From assembly GCA_019114085.1 (NCBI GenBank), contig DXGE01000024.1:4227-68226 (forward strand): a stretch of 64,000 nt of DNA. The letters are read 5' to 3'. Shown piece after piece: positions 35,490-46,238 of the stretch. The notes under the pieces were generated by a model, which saw only the letters and a program-made list of their open reading frames with translations, had not been told where the DNA came from and did no database searches. Each line of letters opens with the position of its first letter. Position 1 is the first letter of the stretch. Origin of the DNA: Candidatus Eubacterium faecipullorum (GTDB taxonomy: Bacteria > Bacillota > Clostridia > Oscillospirales > Acutalibacteraceae). A program made the translations under genes and the position numbers.

Positions 35490-35509
35490 AAATATAAAGG
35501 AAAATCATA

Positions 35510-36220
35510 ATGCAGAATTTTGATAAAAAAATAGATGTTTTTTTAACCACTTTTATAGATAACGGCGGCTACAATCAGGTGCTGAGCGGTTTAAAGAATA
35601 CGCTGATCATAGCCGTGCTCGGCCTTATTATCGGCATCGTTCTCGGCACGCTTATCGCCACCGTAAAGGTTGTGCCTAAAACGAACCCCGTTATAAGAGT
35701 GCTCGATAAGCTTTGCAGCTTCTACGTGTCTCTTTTTCGCGGAACACCCATGGTAGTTCAGCTGCTTGTCTTTTATTATGTGCTTATGCCCATCATGGGC
35801 GTTCGCCTGGATCCCGTTACGGTCTCCTTTGTGGTGTTCGGCATGAACTCGGGCGCCTATGTTTCTGAGATCATGCGCGCCGGTATCCTCTCCGTAGATC
35901 CCGGGCAGATGGAGGGCGGCCGTTCGGTAGGCCTCAGCTACGGCACTACGATGATGAAGATCGTTATTCCGCAGGCTGTAAAGAACATACTGCCGACCCT
36001 GGGCAACGAATTTATCTCGCTTATCAAGGAAACCTCTGTTGTAAGCTTCGTTGGCGCAATGGATCTTTATGTTGCTTTTAACAGGATCGGTTCCAACAAC
36101 TATGAATTCATGGTGCCGTATCTCGTTATGGCGGCTATCTATATCGTGCTTGTGTTGATCATCTCCATGCTTATCAAGCTGATGGAAAGGAGCCTGCGTA
36201 AAAGTGATAAAAGTATGTGA
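35510..36220 (+). CDS. amino-acid ABC transporter permease (His/Glu/Gln/Arg/opine family)
   Basis: A 236-aa protein with an EAA-type loop ([25 protein letters not shown]). Confidence 0.9.
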   Translation: MQNFDKKIDVFLTTFIDNGGYNQVLSGLKNTLIIAVLGLIIGIVLGTLIATVKVVPKTNPVIRVLDKLCSFYVSLFRGTPMVVQLLVFYYVLMPIMGVRLDPVTVSFVVFGMNSGAYVSEIMRAGILSVDPGQMEGGRSVGLSYGTTMMKIVIPQAVKNILPTLGNEFISLIKETSVVSFVGAMDLYVAFNRIGSNNYEFMVPYLVMAAIYIVLVLIISMLIKLMERSLRKSDKSM

Positions 36221-36926
36221 TCTGGAAAAAAGCTTCGGCGATAACCATGTGCTTAAGGGCATTGATTACGAGATACATAAAAATGAAAAGATCGTGGTTA
36301 TAGGCCCTTCAGGCTCCGGCAAAAGCACCTTTTTAAGGTGCCTTAATCTGCTTGAAACGCCCACGAAAGGTGAGATCTGGTTTGACGGTAAATTGATAAC
36401 CGATAAAAAAACGGATATCAACGAAGTCCGCAAGCATATGGGCATGGTATTTCAGCATTTCAATCTCTTTAATAATAAGACCATTCTGGATAATATAACG
36501 CTTGCGCCCGTGCATCATAAGCTCATGAGCAAGGAGGAGGCAAAGGAAAAAGCCCTGTCCCTGCTCAGAAGGGTAGGGCTTGAGGATAAGGCGGATGCTT
36601 ATCCCTCCAGCCTTTCCGGCGGGCAGAAGCAAAGGGCGGCTATCGTGCGCTCACTTGCAATGAATCCCAAAGTAATGCTCTTTGATGAGCCTACTTCCGC
36701 GCTTGACCCCGAAATGGTAGGGGAAGTTCTTCAGGTCATGAAGGACCTTGCCGACGAGGGCATGACCATGGTGGTCGTTACCCACGAAATGGGATTTGCT
36801 AGAGAGGTTGCGTCCAAGGTCCTCTTTATGGACGAAGGCAGGATACAGGAAGAGAATACACCGTATGAATTCTTTACGAATCCTCAGAATCCGCGCCTGC
36901 GCGATTTTCTCTCGAAAGTACTTTAA
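36204..36926 (+). CDS. amino-acid ABC transporter ATP-binding protein (GlnQ-like)
   Basis: It has Walker [10 protein letters not shown], the signature LSGGQKQR and Walker [12 protein letters not shown]. The GTG start overlaps the permease end. Confidence 0.95.
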   Translation: MIKVCDLEKSFGDNHVLKGIDYEIHKNEKIVVIGPSGSGKSTFLRCLNLLETPTKGEIWFDGKLITDKKTDINEVRKHMGMVFQHFNLFNNKTILDNITLAPVHHKLMSKEEAKEKALSLLRRVGLEDKADAYPSSLSGGQKQRAAIVRSLAMNPKVMLFDEPTSALDPEMVGEVLQVMKDLADEGMTMVVVTHEMGFAREVASKVLFMDEGRIQEENTPYEFFTNPQNPRLRDFLSKVL

Positions 36927-36986
36927 AATAAGAAAAGCGGCGCCTCCGTGTATCAAGCCCGGAAGCGCCGTTTTTCATTGCTGTTA

Positions 36987-37901
36987 TTAAATATTTACTT
37001 TTGCTGCTTTATCACTCTCTTCAAAGAATTCCAGCATCTCGTCTATACATTCTTGTGCATAGGACGGCGTCGGGTCAAGAACGGAAAATACATGGGGCAG
37101 CTTTCTGCCCGAATATTTTCCTTTGAAATCATGAAGCGTGTTTTTTACGCCCAGTCTGTCAAGCGTCTTTTTCATATGATATGCGCCGCTGCGTAAAAAA
37201 TCGCCGGATGAAGTAACTATGTAAAACGGCGGCATGTTTTTAACGCCGATCCGGTCAACATCCATATATTTATAGTATTTGCTCTCTTTCGGCCTGCTGC
37301 CTAAAAGCTCGGGCAGGTTTATGTTCATAATAAGATTCGGGCTGATCAGGTCGGCGGCGGGGGAAACGGCGCCCACCGCTTTAAATCTGAGCAGCGGCTC
37401 GCTTATGCAGAAATCCTGCCTTAATATATATGAGCCGGATATTGCCGCGGCACAAAAGGCGTAGTGACCGCCTGCGGAATCGCCGGTAAGATAGCAGCTG
37501 TCAAGATCCGCGGGGAATCCGCCTGCGTTATCATATATCCACTCGAACGCCGCAAAAATATCCTCTATCTGTTCATGAAATCTGTATTCGCCGGCAAGGC
37601 GGTAGTTCAGATTAAAAACGCAGTAGCCGCGTTTGGCTATCGCAAGGCAGTAGTTTTTGTTGATCTCCTTGCTGCCCGCCATCCAGCCGCCGCCATGTAT
37701 GTCAATTATAACAGGCAGCTTTGCGCTTGCGCCCTCCGGGTAATATACGTCAAGCATATGTTCTTTCAAGCCGTCGTCCAAATACGCAACGTCCGTGATC
37801 TGCTCTACACCCGCAGTCGGCGTCTGCATGCTGATCCGCTTAAAATCATTTTTTTCATTCTGCTTCCAAAACAGTTTAAGTATAGGCGTAAAAAATCCCA
37901 T
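36987..37901 (-). CDS. alpha/beta hydrolase (esterase/lipase, HGGG type)
   Basis: It has an HGGGW oxyanion motif and a GDSAGG nucleophile elbow. Confidence 0.85.
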   Translation of the reverse strand: MGFFTPILKLFWKQNEKNDFKRISMQTPTAGVEQITDVAYLDDGLKEHMLDVYYPEGASAKLPVIIDIHGGGWMAGSKEINKNYCLAIAKRGYCVFNLNYRLAGEYRFHEQIEDIFAAFEWIYDNAGGFPADLDSCYLTGDSAGGHYAFCAAAISGSYILRQDFCISEPLLRFKAVGAVSPAADLISPNLIMNINLPELLGSRPKESKYYKYMDVDRIGVKNMPPFYIVTSSGDFLRSGAYHMKKTLDRLGVKNTLHDFKGKYSGRKLPHVFSVLDPTPSYAQECIDEMLEFFEESDKAAKVNI

Positions 37902-37922
37902 TGCAGTTGCTCCTCGTTGTAT

Positions 37923-38426
37923 TTATGCCGCGTTTATGACCTTTTCAATAAACGGTTCAACCTCATTCATATCCAGGTCAAGTACCATTGCGATCTCACT
38001 GTGAATGATATTTTGTGCTTTTTTATAGAATCTGTCGTCTGAAACAGATAGATTTTTGCCCGCCGATTCAAGCTTTATTTTTTGCTCATGCAGTGTTTTG
38101 AGCAGTTTTAAAAGCTCTGGACGTTCCGCCGCACTGATTATTCTTTTGTATTCCTCGCGCCGCAGATTTGCGTTCTCGTTCCAAATGCTCTCACATGCAG
38201 GCAGCGATCTTATCATCTCAAGTATTTCATTTTTGGAAAGCACGCTTTTCATTTTGCCGGTAAGCGCTTCATTGTCAACCGGTACGAATATAGTCTCCCT
38301 TGAATCAAAAAACGGCGAAAGAATATAATACGTTTTCGTCTCTCTTCCAAACTTTTCTTCTTTGATGTCCGTGATCACGCACGCGCCGTTTGCACCGTAA
38401 ACAAAAACGTCTCCTGTTTTAAACAT
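37923..38426 (-). CDS. CarD/CdnL-family transcriptional regulator
   Basis: MFKTGDVFVYGANGACVITDI...YYILSP matches the CarD_TRCF RNAP-interaction domain. An AGGAGGG RBS is present. Confidence 0.8.
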   Translation of the reverse strand: MFKTGDVFVYGANGACVITDIKEEKFGRETKTYYILSPFFDSRETIFVPVDNEALTGKMKSVLSKNEILEMIRSLPACESIWNENANLRREEYKRIISAAERPELLKLLKTLHEQKIKLESAGKNLSVSDDRFYKKAQNIIHSEIAMVLDLDMNEVEPFIEKVINAA

Positions 38427-38589
38427 TTCATCCCTCCTGCGTTTACGAAATGTAAAAAATGCTTTACGACTGATTTCTGATAATTATATTATATCACAAA
38501 ATTTCCAATTTTAAAAGAAAAATTTTACATATAGTAGAAAATTATTGTGGATTTCGCGCTTTTCAAACCGCCATAAAGCGTTTGCGCCA

Positions 38590-38623
38590 AAAGTTAAACC
38601 GCCCGAACATCGTGTTCGGGCGG
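38590..38623 (-). terminator. intrinsic terminator after the DtxR-like gene
   Basis: A 10-bp stem CCGCCCGAAC/GTTCGGGCGG is followed on the minus strand by TTTAACTTTT. Confidence 0.7.
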
Positions 38624-38635
38624 GGCAGGCAACCG

Positions 38636-39016
38636 TTATTGGTTCTGTTCTTTATTTTTATAATACTGCGCTTTGATAAGCCTGAAGCTCTCCTCGCTGA
38701 TATCGTGCTCTATTTTGCAGGAATCCTGAAACGCAATATCCTCAGGCGTGCCGAGCTGCATCAGAAAGCCGGCTATAACGTTATGCCTTTCATAGATCTT
38801 TTCCGCGATCTCGCGTCCCTTGTCCGTCAGCGTAATATCGCCGTTGTTGTCCATATGGATATAGCCGTCCTCACGCAGGTTTTTCATGTAGACCGAAACG
38901 GACGGCTTTGAAAATCCCATTTTGTTGCTAATATCAATACAGCGGCAGTAGCCTTTTTCATAGTGGATAACAAGGATTGTTTCCAGGTAGTTTTCCGCGC
39001 TCTCCTTTATCTGCAT
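38636..39016 (-). CDS. metal-dependent transcriptional repressor, DtxR/MntR family (short form)
   Basis: ENYLETILVI...SKPSVSVYMKNLREDGYI is a winged-helix region, followed by a metal-site region. 126 aa. Confidence 0.85.
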   Translation of the reverse strand: MQIKESAENYLETILVIHYEKGYCRCIDISNKMGFSKPSVSVYMKNLREDGYIHMDNNGDITLTDKGREIAEKIYERHNVIAGFLMQLGTPEDIAFQDSCKIEHDISEESFRLIKAQYYKNKEQNQ

Positions 39017-39067
39017 ACTACACTCACCTCATGTATTTATGTTAGCATAAATATGAGCGAATTTCAA

Positions 39068-39511
39068 TTAAAATAAAACCCTGAACTTGAACTTTTTGCC
39101 GCAGTGCGGGCAGGTCGCCATATGGCTGCCCTTTACTTTTTTCATTCTCAATACGGCTTTGCAGCCGGGGCAGGTTCTGAAGATATGCGTTTTTCTGAAT
39201 TTCCATCTGTTTGAAAGCAGCTTGAATCTTTTTTTGAAGAATCCCTCTATCTTCAGCCAGTTTTCGTTTTCTTTTCTTCGGTTTTCCGTTTTTTTGGAAA
39301 ACAGCCTGAGCGTTGCAAAAATAAATATTCCCCAAGCGATTACGGAGAAAACGGTGTAAAGCACGGGATCCACCGCTCTTCCCAACAGAATAGCCAGCAG
39401 TATCGCCGCAAGGTAAAACCACAAAAGCGCGCGGTACAGCTTATCTATTCCGTATCTGCCGTACATGAATCTTTGGAATTTTACACCGAGTTTTGCAAAA
39501 AAGTTTTTCAT
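39068..39511 (-). CDS. membrane protein with C-terminal zinc ribbon
   Basis: Two TM helices are followed by CPGC...CPHC. An AGGAAGGA RBS is present. Confidence 0.65.
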   Translation of the reverse strand: MKNFFAKLGVKFQRFMYGRYGIDKLYRALLWFYLAAILLAILLGRAVDPVLYTVFSVIAWGIFIFATLRLFSKKTENRRKENENWLKIEGFFKKRFKLLSNRWKFRKTHIFRTCPGCKAVLRMKKVKGSHMATCPHCGKKFKFRVLF

Positions 39512-39565
39512 CAGATCTGTCCTTCCTGTGCGCTTAAAGCGCGTGAAGCCGCTTTTTGGCTTTCG

Positions 39566-40369
39566 TCAGTTTTGTTGGGATTCTCCCGTGCGTTCTCCGA
39601 AATAAATGCCGTAATCGTCAGTCGTTTCGCTTTCGCCGTAATCCTGTGAATATCCCGTTTGCGGCTGTTGCTCGGGATTATAGCCGCCGTTGCTTCTGTA
39701 GCCGGAACCTGCCGTGAACGCAAGTGAAATTAAATAAAAAATGATGCGTATTATCAAAAGCAAGAATAAAAATTTTAGCAGCCTTGAAAGGCAGCCGCCG
39801 CCTCTTACGTTGTATACGCGCCCGTGTACGGGGCTTTCTTCTTCGCCGTCGTCAAACTCCGCAAAACCGCCGAACGGGTTTACAAAACCGCCCTGCGCGC
39901 TCATACGGATCCTGTTGTAAGTTTCGCGGTAGGTATAGTTTTCCGGAGCCATGGCGCATGCCTGCTGAATGTGGGAAAGCGAGATATCGCGTCTGCCGGC
40001 GCCGTAGTTCGCAAGCGCGGAAAGGTAATACCATTGGGCGTTTCTGTCCTCAATATGGTTCAGAAGATTCAGAGCCTGCGTGAATTGGCGGTTGTTTATG
40101 AACTGCGCTATCGAAGTATAATAGTCCGGCGCGCCGGCGCCTCTTGCGCTGCTTCGCCGTGCACCGGAATACGTTGCGCCGCCTGAAGCCGTCCCGTTTT
40201 TGATCTGGTCGAACGCCGCGTTTATTTCCGCCATTTTTTCGGCGGCATGTTTATCGTTGGGATTAAGGTCCGGGTGATACTTTTTAGCAAGCTTTCTGTA
40301 GGCCTTTGCGCATTCTTCCTCGGATGCGCCGTCCGGCACGCCCAGCACCTTATAAGGATTAGTTATCAT
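39566..40369 (-). CDS. J-domain (DnaJ-like) protein with C-terminal membrane anchor
   Basis: It has [34 protein letters not shown] with the HPD motif, a TPR-like middle and a hydrophobic segment [22 protein letters not shown]. Confidence 0.85.
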   Translation of the reverse strand: MITNPYKVLGVPDGASEEECAKAYRKLAKKYHPDLNPNDKHAAEKMAEINAAFDQIKNGTASGGATYSGARRSSARGAGAPDYYTSIAQFINNRQFTQALNLLNHIEDRNAQWYYLSALANYGAGRRDISLSHIQQACAMAPENYTYRETYNRIRMSAQGGFVNPFGGFAEFDDGEEESPVHGRVYNVRGGGCLSRLLKFLFLLLIIRIIFYLISLAFTAGSGYRSNGGYNPEQQPQTGYSQDYGESETTDDYGIYFGERTGESQQN

Positions 40370-40571
40370 ATTGCTCCTTTAAAAAATCAACGTTCATTTG
40401 AAAGCAAGAAAAATCAGCGCACAAAATTTGTTCGGATTTTTCTTGCTTGCTAAGTTATCATATAATTATTGACTTTATGTTAATAACTTGTAACAAATCC
40501 GCAAATCCGCTCTTGAAATCGGGCGCTGTGTTTGGTAATATAATTCTATTAGGTATTATGGAGGTTCCTGT

Positions 40572-41471
40572 ATGGATTATTTGCTTTTATCGGTAGGCGA
40601 TTCAATCGACCGTGTATTTTACGGCTTTGATATTGCCGTTTTTGAATTTTTTGCCGGTATACAGAATTCTTTTTTTACGGTTCTGGCAAAATTTTTCACC
40701 TCTTTCGGCGATGAGGCTTTTGTGATTCCCATGGTGATCGTCGGCATCGTTTTAATGCTGTTCAAAAAAACAAGGAAATACGGCTTTGCGCTTGTGTTTG
40801 CAATCCTTGTCGGCACCATTGTTACAAATGTTATCGCAAAGCCCGCTGTTTTAAGGATACGGCCGTATAACACGCTTCAGGATATTGATTGGTATTGGCA
40901 GGCGTACTTAGGGGCAGGCGCGCTCAGCGAAGCCGATTATTCTTTCCCCAGCGGCCATACTACGGCTGCGTTTGAGATCGCCGTTTCCATGTTCCTCGTT
41001 TTCAGGTCGGACGGCAAAAAGAAGATCGCATGGGTATTCCCCGTGCTTGCCGTCTGCACGATGGGCAGCCGCGTATATCTTATGGTACATTATGCAACGG
41101 ACGTACTCGGCGGAATGATCATCGGTACGCTTTCCGGCATTGCAGGCTATTTCATAATGAAAGGTCTTATGTATCTTATAGCGAATGTGAAACCGTTTAC
41201 CGCGCTGCAGAAGCTTGATCTTGCAAAGCTCGGGTTTCTTAAGTGGAGCTCCGGCAGGGGCGGCGCCGCCGTCGTTACCGTTGCCGTAATCGGTATCTTC
41301 CTTTATTCTTTCATTCCCGTACTCAGCGAGGGAGGGGAGGATACGGTTCGCTGTGCTTATAATGAGGAATATGACTGTTATAACGCCGCCCGTGTTGACG
41401 ATGCGGATTACCCGCCCATAGACGGCAAAGAGTACTGCAAGATCCACTGGAACCAGCTGGCGGGCGAATAA
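40572..41471 (+). CDS. PAP2 family phosphatase
   Basis: It carries the KxxxxxxRP, PSGH and SRxxxxxHxxxD motifs (RIRPY, SFPSGHTT, SRVYLMVHYATD). Confidence 0.85.
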   Translation: MDYLLLSVGDSIDRVFYGFDIAVFEFFAGIQNSFFTVLAKFFTSFGDEAFVIPMVIVGIVLMLFKKTRKYGFALVFAILVGTIVTNVIAKPAVLRIRPYNTLQDIDWYWQAYLGAGALSEADYSFPSGHTTAAFEIAVSMFLVFRSDGKKKIAWVFPVLAVCTMGSRVYLMVHYATDVLGGMIIGTLSGIAGYFIMKGLMYLIANVKPFTALQKLDLAKLGFLKWSSGRGGAAVVTVAVIGIFLYSFIPVLSEGGEDTVRCAYNEEYDCYNAARVDDADYPPIDGKEYCKIHWNQLAGE

Positions 41472-41547
41472 TAAATCGCCCGATCGTTTCCGTCATTTTT
41501 ACAGACTCCCAAATTCATGATCAAAAGCGGAATTGATTTCGTGTTGC

Positions 41548-41570
41548 ACGGAATTTGATTCCGTTTTTTC
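41548..41570 (+). terminator. intrinsic terminator after the PAP2 gene
   Basis: ACGGAAT-TTG-ATTCCGT is followed by T6. Confidence 0.7.
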
Positions 41571-41601
41571 TTTATCGTCATAGTATGGTCTGGGTGATGA
41601 A

Positions 41602-42684
41602 ATGCAGACTGTAAGTCTTTGTATGATCGTAAAGAATGAAGAAAAAACCTTGCCGCGCTGCCTTGAAAGCGTAAAAGGTGTTTTTGACGAGATCGTAATT
41701 GCCGATACCGGCAGTACGGACGGTACCGTAAAAGCCGCTGAAAAGTATACGGATAAGGTGTGTTTTTTCAAGTGGTGCAATGATTTTTCCGCAGCGCGCA
41801 ATTTTGCTTTTTCCAAGGCGTCGTGTGATTATATTATGTGGCTCGATGCAGACGATGTTATCCTCCCCGGTGACCGTGAAAAGCTGCTCGCGCTTAAAGA
41901 CAGTCTTACGGGCAGGGAAGACGTTGTTATGATGCCGTACCACACGGCGCTTGATAAAAACGGAATGCCCGCTTATTCGTTTTACCGCGAAAGGATCATG
42001 AGACGCGCCTGCGGCTTCAAGTGGCGCGGCAGGGTGCACGAAGCGGTCGAATACGGCGGTAATGTTATCTATTCCGACGCCGCAGTCACGCACAAAAGTG
42101 TTAAAAAGCAGTACAGTGAAAGAAATCTCAATATTTATCTTACACAGGAAAAGCTGGGCGAGCCTTTTACGCCGCGCGATCAATTTTATTTCGGGCGCGA
42201 ACTGTATTACCACAATCATTTCGAACTTGCGGCTTGCGTGCTCGGCGGATTTCTTGACGGGGGCGGGGGCTGGTCGGAAAATAATATTGAAGCCTGCCGA
42301 ATTCTTTCTCAGTGCCTTAGGAAAACAAAGGGTGATGCGCAGGCGCTCGGCGCCCTGTTTCGCTCGTTTTTATATGATGCGCCGCGTGCCGAGGTGTGCT
42401 GTGATATCGGAAATATCTTTTTGGAGCAGGGCAGTTATCAGACCGCCGCTTATTGGTATTTACGCGCTCTTGATGCAGAGCCGCGCGAAAAGGGCGGCGG
42501 GTTTACGGATCATAAAGCCTATGGTTTTCTTCCCGCCATACAGCTCGCAGTCTGCTATGACAGGCTCGGGGATACGGAAACGGCGGCGCGGTATAATGAG
42601 CTGGCGGGCAGTTATGATCCCGGTTCCGATGCTTATCTCCATAATAAGCAATATTTTGATTCGCTTCTCCGTAACAAAAATTAA
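41602..42684 (+). CDS. family 2 glycosyltransferase with C-terminal TPR region
   Basis: The N-terminus SLCMIVKNEEKTLPRCLES...VIADTGSTDGT and the DADD motif (WLDADD) are followed by a helical repeat C-terminus. Confidence 0.85.
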   Translation: MQTVSLCMIVKNEEKTLPRCLESVKGVFDEIVIADTGSTDGTVKAAEKYTDKVCFFKWCNDFSAARNFAFSKASCDYIMWLDADDVILPGDREKLLALKDSLTGREDVVMMPYHTALDKNGMPAYSFYRERIMRRACGFKWRGRVHEAVEYGGNVIYSDAAVTHKSVKKQYSERNLNIYLTQEKLGEPFTPRDQFYFGRELYYHNHFELAACVLGGFLDGGGGWSENNIEACRILSQCLRKTKGDAQALGALFRSFLYDAPRAEVCCDIGNIFLEQGSYQTAAYWYLRALDAEPREKGGGFTDHKAYGFLPAIQLAVCYDRLGDTETAARYNELAGSYDPGSDAYLHNKQYFDSLLRNKN

Positions 42685-42734
42685 AAATAAGAATACAATG
42701 GTAAAGGATACATGAATTTGTATCCGCTGAATAA

Positions 42735-43673
<939 letters not shown>

Positions 43674-43728
43674 TGCGTTAAAGCAAATGTTTGATTTAAA
43701 GAAATAAAACGAATGTTATGTTCGTTTT

Positions 43729-43760
43729 CCGCACTCCCGTTTAAGGAGTGCGGTTTTTTT
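43729..43760 (+). terminator. intrinsic terminator after the collagen-like gene
   Basis: A 9-bp stem CCGCACTCC/GGAGTGCGG with a 7-nt loop is followed by T7. Confidence 0.85.
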
Positions 43761-43840
43761 ATTGTGCAAAGTCATGAATTTATTAGAAAAAGTTTGTTGA
43801 AATCGCTGAAAAAATTTTTTCAATTTTTTACATTTTTTTA

Positions 43841-43869
43841 TTGACAAAGCTTATTTGATTATATATAAT
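43841..43869 (+). promoter_or_regulatory. strong sigma-A-type promoter of the S10 operon
   Basis: TTGACA, a 17-nt spacer, then TATAAT, both consensus, preceded by an A/T-rich UP-like tract. Confidence 0.75.
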
Positions 43870-44071
43870 ATACGGGCGTGTGGAGATTGCTATATTATAA
43901 TATATGTAATATGCATGCTCCACCATGATATGCGATGATGCCGGAGGTGGCGCCTTACCCAAGGGCGGGAATTTCGGCGGAGTATGTCCGATTTTAAACC
44001 GGGCGAAATTATACTGAATGTCATTCCTTATGTGCAGATAGCTTGCGTATGTCTGCTCCGCACAAAGGTTG

Positions 44072-44101
44072 CCCGAATGATATGCTGTCATTCGGTTTTT
44101 A
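44072..44101 (+). terminator. terminator-like hairpin inside the S10 leader (candidate attenuator)
   Basis: CCGAATGA-TATGCTG-TCATTCGG is followed by T5, about 85 nt upstream of rpsJ. Confidence 0.55.
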
Positions 44102-44186
44102 AATGAGCAGCCTTGAAACACGCGGGTGGGTGGAATGATTCATTCAAGTAAAGTCTCGCACCAATATTTTTCAGGAGGAAAAGTAA

Positions 44187-44501
44187 ATGGCAGCAAGCAA
44201 AGTGAAAATCCGCATCAGGCTTAAGGGCTATGACCACAGCCTTGTTGATCAGGCTGCTGAAAAGATCGTTGAGACTGCAAAAGCTACAGGCGCTCAGGTA
44301 AGCGGTCCTATCCCGCTTCCCACAGAGAAGGAAGTTATCACGATCTTAAGAGCCGTTCACAAGTATAAGGACAGCCGCGAACAGTTTGAGCAGAGAACAC
44401 ACAAAAGACTCATCGATATCCTCAGGCCTTCAAACAAAACCGTTGAAGCTCTGACGAATCTTGAGCTCCCGGCAGGCGTAGATATAGAGATCAAGCTTTG
44501 A
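44187..44501 (+). CDS. rpsJ: 30S ribosomal protein S10
   Basis: The S10 sequence is recognisable ([10 protein letters not shown]...), an AGGAGG RBS is present, and it is the first gene of the conserved cluster. Confidence 0.97.
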   Translation: MAASKVKIRIRLKGYDHSLVDQAAEKIVETAKATGAQVSGPIPLPTEKEVITILRAVHKYKDSREQFEQRTHKRLIDILRPSNKTVEALTNLELPAGVDIEIKL

Positions 44502-44562
44502 TCGCATTCGCGCTTGACGAGGTCAAGTTGGGAAACCAACCAATAACCAAGGAGGAAAAATA

Positions 44563-45195
44563 ATGAAAAAAGGTATTATCGGAAAAAAGATCGGAATGAC
44601 GCAGATCTTTGATGAAAACGGCAAGGTCATCCCCGTAACCGTTATCGAAGCCGGCCCCTGCGTAGTTACGCAGAAGAAAACTATGGAAAACGACGGCTAC
44701 GAGGCAGTTCAGGTCGGCTTCGGCGATGTTAAGGTAAACAAGCTCAACAAGCCGCTCAAGGGTCATTTCGCAAAGAACGACGTTGCTCCCAAGAAAACGC
44801 TTAAGGAGTTCCGCCTTGAGGATTGCTCGGCGCTCAATGTCGGCGACATCATTAAGGCAGATACTTTTGCTCAGGGCGAGATCGTAGACGTCAAGGGCAC
44901 TTCCAAGGGTCACGGAACCGCAGGCGCAATCAAACGCTGGAATTTCTCAAGGCTCCGCGAATCTCACGGTACCGGCCCGAACGCACGTCATCAGGGCTCT
45001 CTGGGCGCATGCTCAAGCCCCTCAAGAGTATTCAAGGGAAGAAAAATGGCAGGTCACTACGGCCACGAAACAGTAACCATTCAGAATCTTCTGGTTGCTA
45101 AGGTAGACAATGAAAACAACCTGATCGCCATCAAGGGCGCCGTACCCGGCCCCAAGGGCGGAATCGTTGTTATTGCAGACGCTGTTAAGGCTTAA
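44563..45195 (+). CDS. rplC: 50S ribosomal protein L3
   Basis: The L3 sequence is recognisable ([13 protein letters not shown]) and the gene order is conserved. Confidence 0.97.
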   Translation: MKKGIIGKKIGMTQIFDENGKVIPVTVIEAGPCVVTQKKTMENDGYEAVQVGFGDVKVNKLNKPLKGHFAKNDVAPKKTLKEFRLEDCSALNVGDIIKADTFAQGEIVDVKGTSKGHGTAGAIKRWNFSRLRESHGTGPNARHQGSLGACSSPSRVFKGRKMAGHYGHETVTIQNLLVAKVDNENNLIAIKGAVPGPKGGIVVIADAVKA

Positions 45196-45212
45196 GGAAA
45201 GGAGAGATTATA

Positions 45213-45836
45213 ATGGCACAGGTTCAGGTTTATAACCAGGAAGGCCGCAAAACATCAAAGCTTGACCTTGCGGATTCCGTTTTCGGTATTGAGCCGAATA
45301 AATATGCAATGCATCTTGCTGTTGTAAGCTATCTCGCTGCACAGCGTCAGGGAACGCAGTCAACTCTCACCCGTTCCGAGGTTTCAGGCGGCGGCGCAAA
45401 GCCGTGGAGGCAAAAGGGAACAGGCCGCGCGCGTCAGGGCTCAACAAGAAGCCCGCAGTGGACGCACGGCGGTATCGCTCTCGGCCCCAAACCCAGAAAG
45501 TATAAGGTAAACGTAAACAAGAAGGTGAAGAGGCTTGCAATGAAGTCCGCTCTTTCTTCTAAGGTTGCGGAATCTGAGATGCTTGTACTCAATAAGATAG
45601 AGCTGGAAGAGATCAAGACAAAGGCTGTTGCCGATATGCTTGCCAAGCTCAAGACCGGCAAGAAGGTGCTTATCGTTCTTCCGGAAAATAATGAAACCGT
45701 TTATAAGAGCGCCCGTAATATTGAGGGCGTAAAGGTTGCAACCGTAAACACGCTTTGCGTTTATGATATCCTCAATTGCAACAATCTTGTTGTTCTTAAG
45801 GACGCAGCCAAGAAGATCGAGGAGGTATATGCGTAA
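45213..45836 (+). CDS. rplD: 50S ribosomal protein L4
   Basis: The L4 sequence is recognisable (GGGAKPWRQKGTGRARQGS) and the gene order is conserved. Confidence 0.97.
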   Translation: MAQVQVYNQEGRKTSKLDLADSVFGIEPNKYAMHLAVVSYLAAQRQGTQSTLTRSEVSGGGAKPWRQKGTGRARQGSTRSPQWTHGGIALGPKPRKYKVNVNKKVKRLAMKSALSSKVAESEMLVLNKIELEEIKTKAVADMLAKLKTGKKVLIVLPENNETVYKSARNIEGVKVATVNTLCVYDILNCNNLVVLKDAAKKIEEVYA

Positions 45837-46132
45837 TGAAAACAGCTCACGATATCATACTGAAGCCTATCATTACAGAAGAGTCTATGACCGGGCTTAT
45901 GATCAAAAAGTATACCTTCAAGGTAGCAAAAGACGCTAATAAGATAGAGATAGCCAAGGCTATCGAGGAAGTTTTCCCCGGCACAAAGGTTGCCAAGGTA
46001 AACACAATGAACGTTCGCGGCCATGAACGCCGCCAGGGTATGAACAAGGGCTACACGCCGTCTTGGAAAAAGGCTATCGTTACACTTACCGAGGATTCAA
46101 AGGAGATTGAATTCTTTAACGATATGATGTAA
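45836..46132 (+). CDS. rplW: 50S ribosomal protein L23
   Basis: The L23 sequence is recognisable and the gene order is conserved. Confidence 0.95.
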   Translation: MKTAHDIILKPIITEESMTGLMIKKYTFKVAKDANKIEIAKAIEEVFPGTKVAKVNTMNVRGHERRQGMNKGYTPSWKKAIVTLTEDSKEIEFFNDMM

Positions 46133-46238
46133 CGCTCCTGCCCGAATATATATTACATTATATATTAGAGAAATTTCGAATGATGAGGTATGAAGAGTGC
46201 CATCTCTTCGCAAAGTTATTCAGAAAGGAAAAATAATA

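Noticed and set aside
39042-39422. A 126-aa minus-strand ORF overlapping the zinc-ribbon membrane protein gene in another frame.
   Set aside because: The alternative 147-aa frame has a strong RBS, TM helices and a CxxC...CxxC ribbon. This frame has none of these features.
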